Notes: generated by a model not told the origin, from the sequence alone. Counted from the first letter of the stretch, positions 47,450 to 57,320 are shown. The stretch is DNA of 64,000 nt from an uncultured virus (IMG/VR IMGVR_UViG_3300032233_001922) (IMGVR_UViG_3300032233_001922), one strand, 5' to 3'. Program-made: numbers and translations.

Positions 47450-50176
47450 TTACTTTTTTCTTAAAATTAATATATCAGTTCCAATTTGTGTTTTTTCAAA
47501 AATATTAGAAGGCAACCTATAAGCATCTACCAACTCGGCAATTTCAAATATTTGTTTTTTAATTTCGTTATACGCTATACCGTTTCTCATAAATGAACTT
47601 GGAATTAAATAAACTCCTAAACCGCCCTTTTTAAGCAAATGTAACGACTGCAAAATAAAAAAGTGTTCTACTTGACCTTTAAAACTAAAATAGCTTGAAT
47701 ATAAGCCAGAAAACTTACCGTAAGGAGGGTTTGCTACAACTAAATCAAAAGGTGCGTTCTTTAACCACGTTTCAGTTCCTTTTCTATTAAGTAATGTATT
47801 AAATCGAGGTTCTTTTAAAAATGCTTTTTCAAAATTGAAGTTATGCAACTCGGCATTTGGAAATTCTCTTTCAAGTATTTTAAAATTATCTTTACTAATC
47901 TCAAAAGCAGTAATATTAGCATCTTTTAAATTTTTAATTAATCTACCGCTTCCCGTTGCTGGTTCTAAAACATTTCCACCTTTAAATCCATAATGTTGTG
48001 CTAAAGCTAACATTTTATCAGCAACTATTTGAGGTGTGAAAAATTCGTATAACTTACCTTTGCCTTGCTTACTACCTTCGGATTCAAAAGACTTTTCTTT
48101 TTTAGAACCTAAATTATCTTTTTTCGGTTCGTCTTTGATTTCATTTTCAAGCGCTAACCTACCATTTTTTATTTCTTCAAGAAATTTTACTCCCGACATT
48201 GGTTGAGTTTTCATTATTCCTTTATCGTCTGAAATAAAAAGATTTACAAAATAACCTCTACGCTTGTCAAATTCTAATTTTACTCTTGCTTTTAAATTTA
48301 AGTTACCTATTTTGTAATCTAAAATTTTACCATCAAAATCTTTAATTTCAGTAATAGGACAAAGTGAGTAATGTTCCATTTCTTTTATTGGAAGCGGTTT
48401 TGAATAAGTTACAACACCATATTGATAATTTTGTTGAGTAAACCTCAAAAAGTTATCTTTTGGGTATGTTCCAATATCAAACGGTCTAACTGTTAAAACA
48501 TATTCGTATTCATTGTCAATCGCACCACCATCGGCATATATACCACTATAGCCACCTACTGCACCATCTACTTCAACATCAAGTAAATCATTGTAATTGT
48601 TCAAATCCCTTGAAGGACTGTTACCGCTTTTGGCATCTTTAACTAAACTTTCAGTTTTCCCACCATTAGCCATTTTTTCAAAATTATAGTTTTTGTAATT
48701 TCTGTCTTTAAAGTTTTTTGATTTGAATATTTTTGAATCTCTATTATCCGAATCCTCTGTAATTTCAGCGTAATATTCTATATGGTTTGGCGTTTCAATA
48801 GTAAAATTATAAACTTCAAATCCGTTTTTTGTTTCTCCTTTAAAAGTTCCAGTAGTCCACCTATTAGTATTATTCCATCTTGCATCAACTTTACTCCCTA
48901 TTTTTGGTAAATTTTGTTTAACTTCTCCACCTTTTTTGTAAATACCTTTTTTTTCTGGATATAATTCATAATATCTTTTTTCAGTACCTATCCATAAAGG
49001 AATTTTTGAATTTTCTATTTCATTGTTTTCAATGTAATTGTGAACATCTTTTTCATTGTGAAAAACTTTATCTACATTTTCAATAAAAATATTATTTCTA
49101 TTTTCGGAAGTCGTATAAACGCTCAATCCTAAATAAGTGTGGTATCTATTATTTTCATTATGATTAGATTCTCTAACATTAGAAACTCTATCATATAATT
49201 GTAAATCTTTTTTGGTTAAATCTGAAATATTATCTAAACTTCCACCTTTTTTCAACCCAGCTTTTTTAAGTAAAGTATAATATTCTGGATTTTCAAATAA
49301 ATGGTCTTTTACAATTTTCATTTGTTCACGTTTGCTTGAAGTGTGTTCGCTTTCCGCTTCCATACCTAAACGAACTTGTTTTTTTAATTCAGCTAAAGGC
49401 ACTTGATGAATATCCGTAATATCCCTTAATGAAAAACTTTCGGCTAAATGACCGCCACTTTTATATTCTTCTTCTTCTTCATATCCGTAATCTCCAGCAG
49501 TATTTAATGCTCTAAAACTTTCCGAATCTATTGAATAACATTGCTCTTGACTTAATTCATCAGTTACCTCTGTTAATTCACTTTGTAATTTATCTTGTTC
49601 AGATATTAATTTTGCTCTTTCTTTAAAAGACAAATCCCCATCGTATGAATAGACATCATTACCCAAATTCATTTTTTCTATTTCTAAAATCCTATTTGAT
49701 AGTTTTTTAACTTTATTTATAATTCTTAATGGCACTTTAAGTAAATGACCTCCACCATTCATTTGCATCATAATTTCGTGGTCTGTCATAGTCTTACCAC
49801 CGTACTTGTAACTTGCTCCAGTATGTTTAATGCTTTTAGGCATTTCCCCACCATCGGCAAAAGAAACACCGCCACCACGTTTATTTATTTCTGATAAAAT
49901 TTCACGGTTCGTGAGCATCTTGCCTTCAAACTCTCTTTTTGTAGTATCGCTTACCGCTGGGGCAGTAATAACAACTTCTCCACCTTGCATCTCAAGTGGT
50001 TGCCCAGTTGATTTATTAACTGCTTTAATACCGCCTTCTGCGTGAGTTCTACCAACTAAATAGCCAGACAAAGAACCCTTGTTGTGTATCATTGTTTGAC
50101 CTTCTCTTTTACCAACAAGCACACCACCAGTCGGAGTTGCTTCTGCTTTATTTTCGGTTAAATTTTCTTTTCTCAT
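47450..50176 (-). CDS. polyvalent protein: DUF5661-like, DarA-C-like and C-terminal N6-adenine methyltransferase (DarB-type) domains
   Basis: EFFTP, VLEPATGSG, NPPY, AYRLP...TDIL; RPFDIGTYPK...YSKPL; ESEHT...DHLFENPEYY; start moved to MRKENL. Confidence 0.8.
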   Translation of the reverse strand: MRKENLTENKAEATPTGGVLVGKREGQTMIHNKGSLSGYLVGRTHAEGGIKAVNKSTGQPLEMQGGEVVITAPAVSDTTKREFEGKMLTNREILSEINKRGGGVSFADGGEMPKSIKHTGASYKYGGKTMTDHEIMMQMNGGGHLLKVPLRIINKVKKLSNRILEIEKMNLGNDVYSYDGDLSFKERAKLISEQDKLQSELTEVTDELSQEQCYSIDSESFRALNTAGDYGYEEEEEYKSGGHLAESFSLRDITDIHQVPLAELKKQVRLGMEAESEHTSSKREQMKIVKDHLFENPEYYTLLKKAGLKKGGSLDNISDLTKKDLQLYDRVSNVRESNHNENNRYHTYLGLSVYTTSENRNNIFIENVDKVFHNEKDVHNYIENNEIENSKIPLWIGTEKRYYELYPEKKGIYKKGGEVKQNLPKIGSKVDARWNNTNRWTTGTFKGETKNGFEVYNFTIETPNHIEYYAEITEDSDNRDSKIFKSKNFKDRNYKNYNFEKMANGGKTESLVKDAKSGNSPSRDLNNYNDLLDVEVDGAVGGYSGIYADGGAIDNEYEYVLTVRPFDIGTYPKDNFLRFTQQNYQYGVVTYSKPLPIKEMEHYSLCPITEIKDFDGKILDYKIGNLNLKARVKLEFDKRRGYFVNLFISDDKGIMKTQPMSGVKFLEEIKNGRLALENEIKDEPKKDNLGSKKEKSFESEGSKQGKGKLYEFFTPQIVADKMLALAQHYGFKGGNVLEPATGSGRLIKNLKDANITAFEISKDNFKILEREFPNAELHNFNFEKAFLKEPRFNTLLNRKGTETWLKNAPFDLVVANPPYGKFSGLYSSYFSFKGQVEHFFILQSLHLLKKGGLGVYLIPSSFMRNGIAYNEIKKQIFEIAELVDAYRLPSNIFEKTQIGTDILILRKK

Positions 50177-50380
50177 ATTTTTATCATAATAAAAAACAAA
50201 TATAATCAATGTAATTGAAACTACAAAAATATATTATTTAAAATAAAAATTTAAAAGTTCTTTTAGGTTTAAATAATAACTTGAACAACAGTTAGTTTTC
50301 TTTTAATTTTACTATCATTTGTAATATTATTTATTTTTTAGTTACATTTGTTCAATTAATATTAATTAAAATTAGAAATT

Positions 50381-50494
50381 ATGTCAGATTTATTCAACAT
50401 CAAAAGTCCAAATTATCTTGGTGGAGTTAATGTCCACAACACTTTGGCTTTGTTAGGGATAGGTTATTTAGTGTGGAAAGCATACAAAAAATAA
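50381..50494 (+). CDS. 37-aa membrane peptide, lone + strand gene
   Basis: MSDLFNIKSPNYLGGVNVHNTLALLGIGYLVWKAYKK; TACATTTG box at 50343-50350; terminator after it. Confidence 0.6.
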   Translation: MSDLFNIKSPNYLGGVNVHNTLALLGIGYLVWKAYKK

Positions 50495-50516
50495 TATCTC
50501 TTTAGAAAGGAAAAAG

Positions 50517-50547
50517 AAAAAGCCACTCAATCCGAGTGGCTTTTTTT
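50517..50547. terminator. bidirectional intrinsic terminator
   Basis: AAAAAGCCACTC-AATCC-GAGTGGCTTTTTT. Confidence 0.85.
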
Positions 50548-50716
50548 CGTTAATGCTAAAAACTATACAATCCTTCTAAAAAAACATCAACTTCCTACTT
50601 ACTATATACTTGGCTCGGCTATCCACGATTATACGCATTTTATCTGAAACTTCAATAGATTGTTGACTGCCCACTTCTACCTACTCAAATAGTTTTTTTT
50701 TAAAAAAAATTAAGTA

Positions 50717-51436
50717 TTAAAACTTAAAATTCAATGATGTATTTAACGTAATATTGTTGTAATCAATGATGTAAGAATCTCTAAAACTAGAATTTTGATT
50801 GTCGATATTAACTACTTGATTTTCAATTAAAAATGACCCTTTAAAATATTCTGCATCAATACCTAAAAATATGTTCTTTGTCAATTTAATAGACAACCCA
50901 GCGGATGTAGTATATACAAATGAATTTGTTTTCGCTTCTTCTAGCGTGACAAAAAATCCAGATGTGCTTTGAAAATTTTCTTTAGGAGAAACAAAACCTC
51001 CGCTTCCACCATATATTTTAAGAGATAGATTTAATTTTTTTCTTTTATCAAGATATTTATTATATGAAATACCTAATAAATAAGATGAAAGTTCATATTT
51101 ATTAGCACTTGAACTCCAGCTCCCTAACGAACTTGGCAATGAATTAGATATGTCTTTTGAATCAGAATCTAAGTTGTCATAAGGATTGTTTATTTTTGAG
51201 TATTTTAACTCTAACGCAATAAAATGACTTTGTTTAGTAGATATTTCTCTTGCATACGAAAAAGAAATATTTGAACCATTTGAAGCGTAAACATCCCCTT
51301 CTGGATTGGATGTAAAACTGGGAACTGAAATTCCGTAAGATACAGAAATGTTGTTTTTTAAAGGTTTAATGTCTTGTGAGTTCACAAACATTGGAAAAAC
51401 TAACAATAATACAAGTAACATTTTTTTTGTTTTCAT
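50717..51436 (-). CDS. outer-membrane beta-barrel protein
   Basis: Signal peptide, alternating amphipathic strands, terminal LNFKF. Confidence 0.7.
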   Translation of the reverse strand: MKTKKMLLVLLLVFPMFVNSQDIKPLKNNISVSYGISVPSFTSNPEGDVYASNGSNISFSYAREISTKQSHFIALELKYSKINNPYDNLDSDSKDISNSLPSSLGSWSSSANKYELSSYLLGISYNKYLDKRKKLNLSLKIYGGSGGFVSPKENFQSTSGFFVTLEEAKTNSFVYTTSAGLSIKLTKNIFLGIDAEYFKGSFLIENQVVNIDNQNSSFRDSYIIDYNNITLNTSLNFKF

Positions 51437-51615
51437 TTTTGATTTTTTTTAAGTTTAAATTTCTTAGACCAAAGATATATTTGTTTTTGGTACGTTTGTA
51501 TTTTGGTTCGTTAAATTTTTGTTAATTATTTATTTTGTTAATTCAGTCATCGGAACTTCCCTACTTTATGTACAATTTTTCAGAAAGTTCCACTACTTAC
51601 CATTAACGCAGTTTT

Positions 51616-52893
51616 TTATTTTACTAATTTGTCTATAATCGCTTTGAATTGTTTTGCAATACCCTCCCACTTCATAGCGGAAACTTTGTTGTAAGCATTT
51701 TCTACTTTATCTTTTACCATTTCTTGTAATTCTAGTTGGTCGTTTGGCAAATTGTAAACAACCTCACATAAAGTTTTAACTTCCATTGGATTTGTAGTAA
51801 GTCTTATTTTTTCAAAGTCATTTACAAACACCGCTTGTTGGCTAAACATAAAATTCAAAGTGTTCTCTCCATTGTCGGTTATTTCCGTAATAGAAGTATG
51901 CTTTGGACAAACCACAAGTGTTTTTGTAGCCATTGCTTCGGTAATTGTCAATCCCCAACCTTCCGCAGTTGTAGTTGTAATAAAACAATCGAATGAATTG
52001 TAAATTTTATTCAATTCCTCTAAAGTACAACCTTTATTTTCTGAATAGTCTTTTGGCAGTATTACATCTTTACCAACTTCTAATCCTACTCTATCACATA
52101 ATCTGTAAATGTTTATTCCCATTGGGTCTAAAGGGTTGCAATGTAAATAAAGTAAGGCATTAGCACCGCTTGTGTGTTTGAACATAGCAAACCCCATAAT
52201 TAAGCTACCAAAATCCTTTCTTACTTGATTTCTATTTACACTACCAAATACAAACACATCTTCACTTCCGAAAAGTTCTTTTTTTGCTTTTAGTTTATCA
52301 GCATCAGAATAAGGGTAAAAATCGCTTGTATTAGTTCCGTGCGGTATAATCTTAATCTTTTTGAATTGCGTGTCAGAAATCAAAGGTTTCATCACGCCTT
52401 TTGCGTATTGAGTGTATGTAATTACTTCATCAAAGAAATTTAAAACTTTTAAATCGGCTAATCTTGGCTCACTATCTATTGGAAAGTAAATCATTGATTT
52501 AAAGTTTGGTCGATTTTCTTTTCTTTTAGTGTTCTTTACTTCTAATAGTTGCTCCGACATTGCGTTAATTACCTCTACATCTTGTAAAAAAAACAAAGCG
52601 TCAAAGTCGTTTTGATAAATCAATTTCAGCAACTCTATTCTTCTGTAAACATCTGCTCTTGTATCTTTGTCGCCAGTCTGTAAAGCTGGTATAACTTTTA
52701 CGTTTGGTAGATAATCATAAGTTGCTTTGCTTCTGTCGTTAAGTCCAAAAATAACAATGCTTAATTTTTTGTCTTTTGCCCATTCATCTACAAGTTCTTT
52801 AGCTACTGCACCAAACCCAGTTGTGCAATTCCAATCAGCATATACTAATAATGATTTTTGTTTAACCTCTTTTTTGCGGTGTACGACTTTCAT
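51616..52893 (-). CDS. GT4-like glycosyltransferase
   Basis: TGFG, IPHG, NRNQVRK, EGWGLTITEAMA. Confidence 0.85.
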   Translation of the reverse strand: MKVVHRKKEVKQKSLLVYADWNCTTGFGAVAKELVDEWAKDKKLSIVIFGLNDRSKATYDYLPNVKVIPALQTGDKDTRADVYRRIELLKLIYQNDFDALFFLQDVEVINAMSEQLLEVKNTKRKENRPNFKSMIYFPIDSEPRLADLKVLNFFDEVITYTQYAKGVMKPLISDTQFKKIKIIPHGTNTSDFYPYSDADKLKAKKELFGSEDVFVFGSVNRNQVRKDFGSLIMGFAMFKHTSGANALLYLHCNPLDPMGINIYRLCDRVGLEVGKDVILPKDYSENKGCTLEELNKIYNSFDCFITTTTAEGWGLTITEAMATKTLVVCPKHTSITEITDNGENTLNFMFSQQAVFVNDFEKIRLTTNPMEVKTLCEVVYNLPNDQLELQEMVKDKVENAYNKVSAMKWEGIAKQFKAIIDKLVK

Positions 52894-52933
52894 AATTTGT
52901 TGTTTTTAAGTTTCTTATTGCAAATATAATAAA

Positions 52934-53560
52934 TTAATCTATTCCTTGTTCTCTCCTATCAGACAAACTCATAACATTATAAGTTGGAGGGCAATTTTCT
53001 GCTTTTTTGTGTTTACCATTCTGCATCATATTTTGTATCAAAGCGAAATCATGACCATATTCTGCATCGTGAATAGGCATTTGTTTTAAAAAGTCAGTTC
53101 TTACGATTAATTCGCTATGCCCTATCATACCATATTGCAGTTGTGCATTTCTTATTGCGTTTCTCGGTGCGACAAAACTATCAAAATAAACAAAATCTAA
53201 ATCAGTTCCTTCTATTTGAGAAAGGTAGTTCTCAAAATGATTCGGTAATATAATGTCATCATTGGCAAAGAAAGTAAAGTATTTACCTTCTGCTAATCCT
53301 ATGTTAATATTTGTAATTGCAAATCCGTGTCCTCCTTTATTTATTGGATTATTGGCTATATAAAAATGATTTCCTTTAGCTTGACAATCATTCACAATAT
53401 CATTAAAATATCCACTATCAATAAAATCTTGCATTACTGGACAACCATCTCCAATTACAAGTGCTTCCCAATTATTAGCGGTTTGATTGGCAATACATTC
53501 TATTGCTCTTATAGTTCTTTGCGGTCTGCCAAAGCAAGGCATTGATACTGTTAATCTCAT
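52934..53560 (-). CDS. GT2-like glycosyltransferase
   Basis: VSMPCFGR, IGDGC, FANDD. Confidence 0.8.
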   Translation of the reverse strand: MRLTVSMPCFGRPQRTIRAIECIANQTANNWEALVIGDGCPVMQDFIDSGYFNDIVNDCQAKGNHFYIANNPINKGGHGFAITNINIGLAEGKYFTFFANDDIILPNHFENYLSQIEGTDLDFVYFDSFVAPRNAIRNAQLQYGMIGHSELIVRTDFLKQMPIHDAEYGHDFALIQNMMQNGKHKKAENCPPTYNVMSLSDRREQGID

Positions 53561-53868
53561 AGTTGTTTTTCTTTTTTATATTCTATTTCTTGTATTCCAG
53601 ATGGATATGCAATTAATACAAATTCTTCATTAAAATAATTCTCGTATTCGATTTTAAATCTTCCGTTTGACATTTGTGTTATTATGCAATAAGGTTCATA
53701 AACTCCTTTGTGGCAATCTCTTTTTTGAACTCCTTTAGGTCTTGGAACATAATTAACTCCGCAAACTCTTATGTAATGTAATTCCATAATTTTATTTATC
53801 TTTTTTCACATATCCAACTAACACAAACTTTCCGTAGCACCATTTGTAGTATGGTATTTCATCTTCTT

Positions 53869-54552
53869 TCATAACTCCAAACTTTCAAATACATTACAAA
53901 TTCTGTTTACCGCTTCTCCAGTAAAGTTTTGTTTATGATAATCATTTTCCTTTATGTACTTGGCTGGATTGCCAACGTAAACTCCAAAGCATTGTGGTTG
54001 TAGTTTTTTAGGTATGATAGCACCCATACCAATCATTGCGTAACTTCCTATTTTAGAAAATTGATGACAAATGCTCCCTAAACCCATATTTACCGAATAA
54101 CCCAATAGGGAATGACCGCCAATTAATACATTACAACTAATTGTGCAATTATCATAAATCGTTGAATCGTGTCCAACGTGGCTACCTCTTAGCATAATGA
54201 TATTATTGTATAATATGGTTGGTTTCTCGCATCCAGCGTTAATAGTTACATATTCACGAATTACGTTATTATTTCCAATTTCAACCCCTTTGTTTGGCTC
54301 TCCAAAGAACTCTTTGTGTTCTGGTTCTGTACCGATTGAACAAAACGCTTCAAATCGGTTGTTACTTCCTATTTTAGTGTTGCCAGTTATTACACAAAAA
54401 GCACCAATGTAATTATCATCTCCTAACTGAACATCATCTCCAATAATTGCAGTAGGGTGTATGAAGTTGCCACCACCTCTAATTATAAATTTATAACTTC
54501 CGTTAAGAGTTGAGTGTTGATTTTTGTTTTGATATGGTGTAGTATCTTCCAT
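53869..54552 (-). CDS. hexapeptide-repeat acyltransferase, LpxA-like
   Basis: IHPTAII, IREYVTINAG, HVGHD, GNPAK. Confidence 0.8.
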   Translation of the reverse strand: MEDTTPYQNKNQHSTLNGSYKFIIRGGGNFIHPTAIIGDDVQLGDDNYIGAFCVITGNTKIGSNNRFEAFCSIGTEPEHKEFFGEPNKGVEIGNNNVIREYVTINAGCEKPTILYNNIIMLRGSHVGHDSTIYDNCTISCNVLIGGHSLLGYSVNMGLGSICHQFSKIGSYAMIGMGAIIPKKLQPQCFGVYVGNPAKYIKENDYHKQNFTGEAVNRICNVFESLEL

Positions 54553-54649
54553 AATTATTGATTTAAAATTTTAAAAAGAAATATTAAAAACGCAAAAAAT
54601 AACAACCACATAAGAATTTCTATAATTAATCTTTTAATTTTTTTCATAG

Positions 54650-55288
54650 CTATTTATTAAATTTTGTTATGTATTTTTCCTCTGTTGGTAATCCACCCCA
54701 CATATCAATATACATTGCTCTGTTTTGCGAAAAACGATTGTTTAGAATTGGGTCTTTGGCTATCGTCATTGAATTTCTATATACAATTGGGTCTAAAAAA
54801 GAAGTCCACGATTTTTTAGCATTTACTAAAGTCATTTTGTAATCAAATGAATTGTCCTCAAAATATGCTGGGAAAAACTCCTCATCAAACTTACCAGCTT
54901 TTTTCCAAATATCAACTCTTAAAATAAAACTACACCAATTTTGAAAAGAATTAATAAAGTCGGCATCTTGATTATTTCTTAAAATCATTTTTATTTCGTG
55001 TTCGGTTCTACCTAAAACTATATCATCATTAAGCATTAAAACGTGTGTAGCTTTCATTTTATCGGCATAATCCATTAGCATATTCCAACTTTTAGCAACC
55101 CCCAAATTTTCACTTGGTCGATATATCATAAAGTTTTCCTCTCTTGTAATTATATTTTGTTTACCATTATCGCAAATTGCAATATGCGTTTCTTTAAAAT
55201 CCTCAAAATATTTTTCTAACGCTTCATTAAGTAGGTCTGCTCTATTAAGAGTTGGTATAGCTACTATTAGTTTAAATTCTTGGCTCAT
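54650..55288 (-). CDS. GT2-like glycosyltransferase
   Basis: IPTLNR, CDNG, NLGVAKSWN, LNDD, FDEEFFPAYFED. Confidence 0.8.
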   Translation of the reverse strand: MSQEFKLIVAIPTLNRADLLNEALEKYFEDFKETHIAICDNGKQNIITREENFMIYRPSENLGVAKSWNMLMDYADKMKATHVLMLNDDIVLGRTEHEIKMILRNNQDADFINSFQNWCSFILRVDIWKKAGKFDEEFFPAYFEDNSFDYKMTLVNAKKSWTSFLDPIVYRNSMTIAKDPILNNRFSQNRAMYIDMWGGLPTEEKYITKFNK

Positions 55289-55451
55289 TGTGTTTTAATT
55301 TTCTTGTTCGTATGCTTTTTTACATTGTTTATTGCAGTAGGTTTTTTCACAAGTTTCTCCGCAGTAGGCACATTCGTTTTCGGTAATTTCTGGCAAATCT
55401 TGCTTCCAATCATCGTAGTTTTCCATAGTTTTATTGTTGTTTAATTTTTTG

Positions 55452-55522
55452 TTGGTTTACAAGGACTCGAACCTTGAAAGACTGCACCAAAAACAGTTGT
55501 GTTACCATTACACCATAAACCA
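55452..55522 (-). tRNA. tRNA-Gln (anticodon TTG)
   Basis: Cloverleaf: acceptor TGGTTTA/TAAACCA, D-arm GTGT/ACAC, anticodon arm ACTGT-TTTTGGT-GCAGT, T-arm CAAGG-TTCGAGT-CCTTG; no encoded CCA. Confidence 0.9.
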
Positions 55523-55525
55523 ATT

Positions 55526-55831
55526 TTATTCTTGTATCTCTCCAGTAAACATATCAACTGAATATTGCTTTGTTCCCTTTTGAGTTATACATATTTTTTG
55601 AACGATTGCACTTGTATTGTAACGACCATTAAACTCTTTTGATTTTAAGTAATATGTTATTTTTACATAATCCCCTTTTTCAACTCTTAATTGGCATAGC
55701 AACGCTTTGATTTCAGTAAAACAAACAAACGCAACTGGCAAATAAATCTCGTCTTTTTTTACCCTAATTACAACTTGTGTAACCATATCGGTTGCACTAA
55801 TTATGTTCATTATTTTACCAATTACAACCAT
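55526..55831 (-). CDS. OB-fold single-stranded DNA-binding-like protein
   Basis: GDYVKITYYLKSKEFNGRYNT pattern. Confidence 0.5.
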   Translation of the reverse strand: MVVIGKIMNIISATDMVTQVVIRVKKDEIYLPVAFVCFTEIKALLCQLRVEKGDYVKITYYLKSKEFNGRYNTSAIVQKICITQKGTKQYSVDMFTGEIQE

Positions 55832-55867
55832 ATCAAAAAATATTATATGTAAAATTAAATATTATTT

Positions 55868-56689
55868 TTAATATTTAATCATTTCTATCGATAAATTTTT
55901 TGTAATTGTATTAATATCAGCATTTTTAAGCCAATTATTAACTGCGTATTCTCTTGCATAACGATTGACAATATCTTTTCTTACTAACTTAGTAAACCCA
56001 ACTCCGTTGATTACATTTTTCAAAGCGGTATTTTGTGCTTTTGAACTAAACATTCTTTCTCCATAATTTAATGAAGCAGAAATTAATTCTTCGGGCATTG
56101 GTTTAGTAACTAAATTATTCTTCCAAAAAAAGTAGTACAATATATCTCCAGCATCATAATAACTCTCGCCCTTATTTGCGGTTTCTTTTGCCATTTTAAG
56201 CAATAGTTTAAAATTATGTAACCTTTCGGCATCAGTAGGTGGAATAACCGTGTCTTGCTCAATTTTATCTAATTTTTCTTGAACTTTAAATACTATCCTT
56301 CCCCTATGAATTTGATATGCTTTTAAAACTTTAGAAACGTAAATTACAGAAAGCATACCGTAAGGGTTCGCATCTGTTTCTAATTCTTGTTTTACTAACA
56401 AATCAATTGCTTCCTTAATATCAAAAGCGCTTAAATTTGGAAATTCATCTTTTATGAAATTTGCTAAAATATTTGTTTCGGTTTTGTCTGGTTGCTTGAT
56501 TCCAATGTAGGTCGCCCAACGTATAATTAAAGCATTGACTAAAGCTAATTCCTCTTTAGAATCAAAGTCTTTTATTTTTTTAGCACCTTTGTAGGCATTG
56601 TACAATTCCAGCTCTTTAGAAGTAGTGTTTGGTAATGATTTAATTACTCTTACCCCAACCGAGTTCTGTTGCTTGGATAACTGTTTCAT
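55868..56689 (-). CDS. hypothetical replication-associated protein
   Basis: Overlaps the putative initiator gene. Confidence 0.55.
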   Translation of the reverse strand: MKQLSKQQNSVGVRVIKSLPNTTSKELELYNAYKGAKKIKDFDSKEELALVNALIIRWATYIGIKQPDKTETNILANFIKDEFPNLSAFDIKEAIDLLVKQELETDANPYGMLSVIYVSKVLKAYQIHRGRIVFKVQEKLDKIEQDTVIPPTDAERLHNFKLLLKMAKETANKGESYYDAGDILYYFFWKNNLVTKPMPEELISASLNYGERMFSSKAQNTALKNVINGVGFTKLVRKDIVNRYAREYAVNNWLKNADINTITKNLSIEMIKY

Positions 56690-57320
56690 ACGCTTGTTGT
56701 TGTTTATTTGGTTCTACTATTATTATTTCGTTTAGATATGATTCAAACTTATTGCTAAATAGCGTTTGTGGTCTTAGAAATTCAGCAAACTTTGTATTCT
56801 GCCACTTTGTAGCTTTTATTGAAATTACTTTTATAAAATCATCTACCGAATAGCCTTCGTTTAATCTTGCATCGATATAAGTCCTTGTTACCTTTGAATT
56901 TGATTTATAATTTGAGCCAGTACAATCATTTAAAAAATTTACTATTTTATCGTAAACCTCAATTTCTACTTTTGGCTTTTCTTTTTTTGGTTCTACACTT
57001 TTTTCAATTTTTTCAGCAGTTACTTTTTTTGGCGGTTTTGAAAAAATCACTTCAATATCACTCAAAATTTCTTGCTTTTTAATTATAAACAATTCGCCCC
57101 TATTTTTGGTTATTGAATATGACTTAACATAGTTTGGAAATATGCTAATTCCATAATCTACAATTCTATAATAAGTACTTGGCGATATGTTATCAAACCT
57201 TACGTTTACATTTAATTTTAAAGGTTGGTTTTCCTCGTATTTTAATAATAGATGCAACCAAACATTTCTATATGGTTTACCTCTTTTACTGACCTCTTGA
57301 ATAAAAGATATGATTTCCAT
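56640..57320 (-). CDS. phage replication initiator-like protein (conserved phage C-terminal domain)
   Basis: ARLNEGYSVDDF...FLRPQTLFSNKFESYLNE. Confidence 0.75.
   Translation of the reverse strand: MEIISFIQEVSKRGKPYRNVWLHLLLKYEENQPLKLNVNVRFDNISPSTYYRIVDYGISIFPNYVKSYSITKNRGELFIIKKQEILSDIEVIFSKPPKKVTAEKIEKSVEPKKEKPKVEIEVYDKIVNFLNDCTGSNYKSNSKVTRTYIDARLNEGYSVDDFIKVISIKATKWQNTKFAEFLRPQTLFSNKFESYLNEIIIVEPNKQQQAYETVIQATELGWGKSN

Noticed and set aside
39848..50176. Large ORFs as tail tape-measure or tail proteins
   Set aside because: They carry helicase, methyltransferase and polyvalent-protein motifs and lack long helical TMP-like repeats; no neighbouring tail genes.
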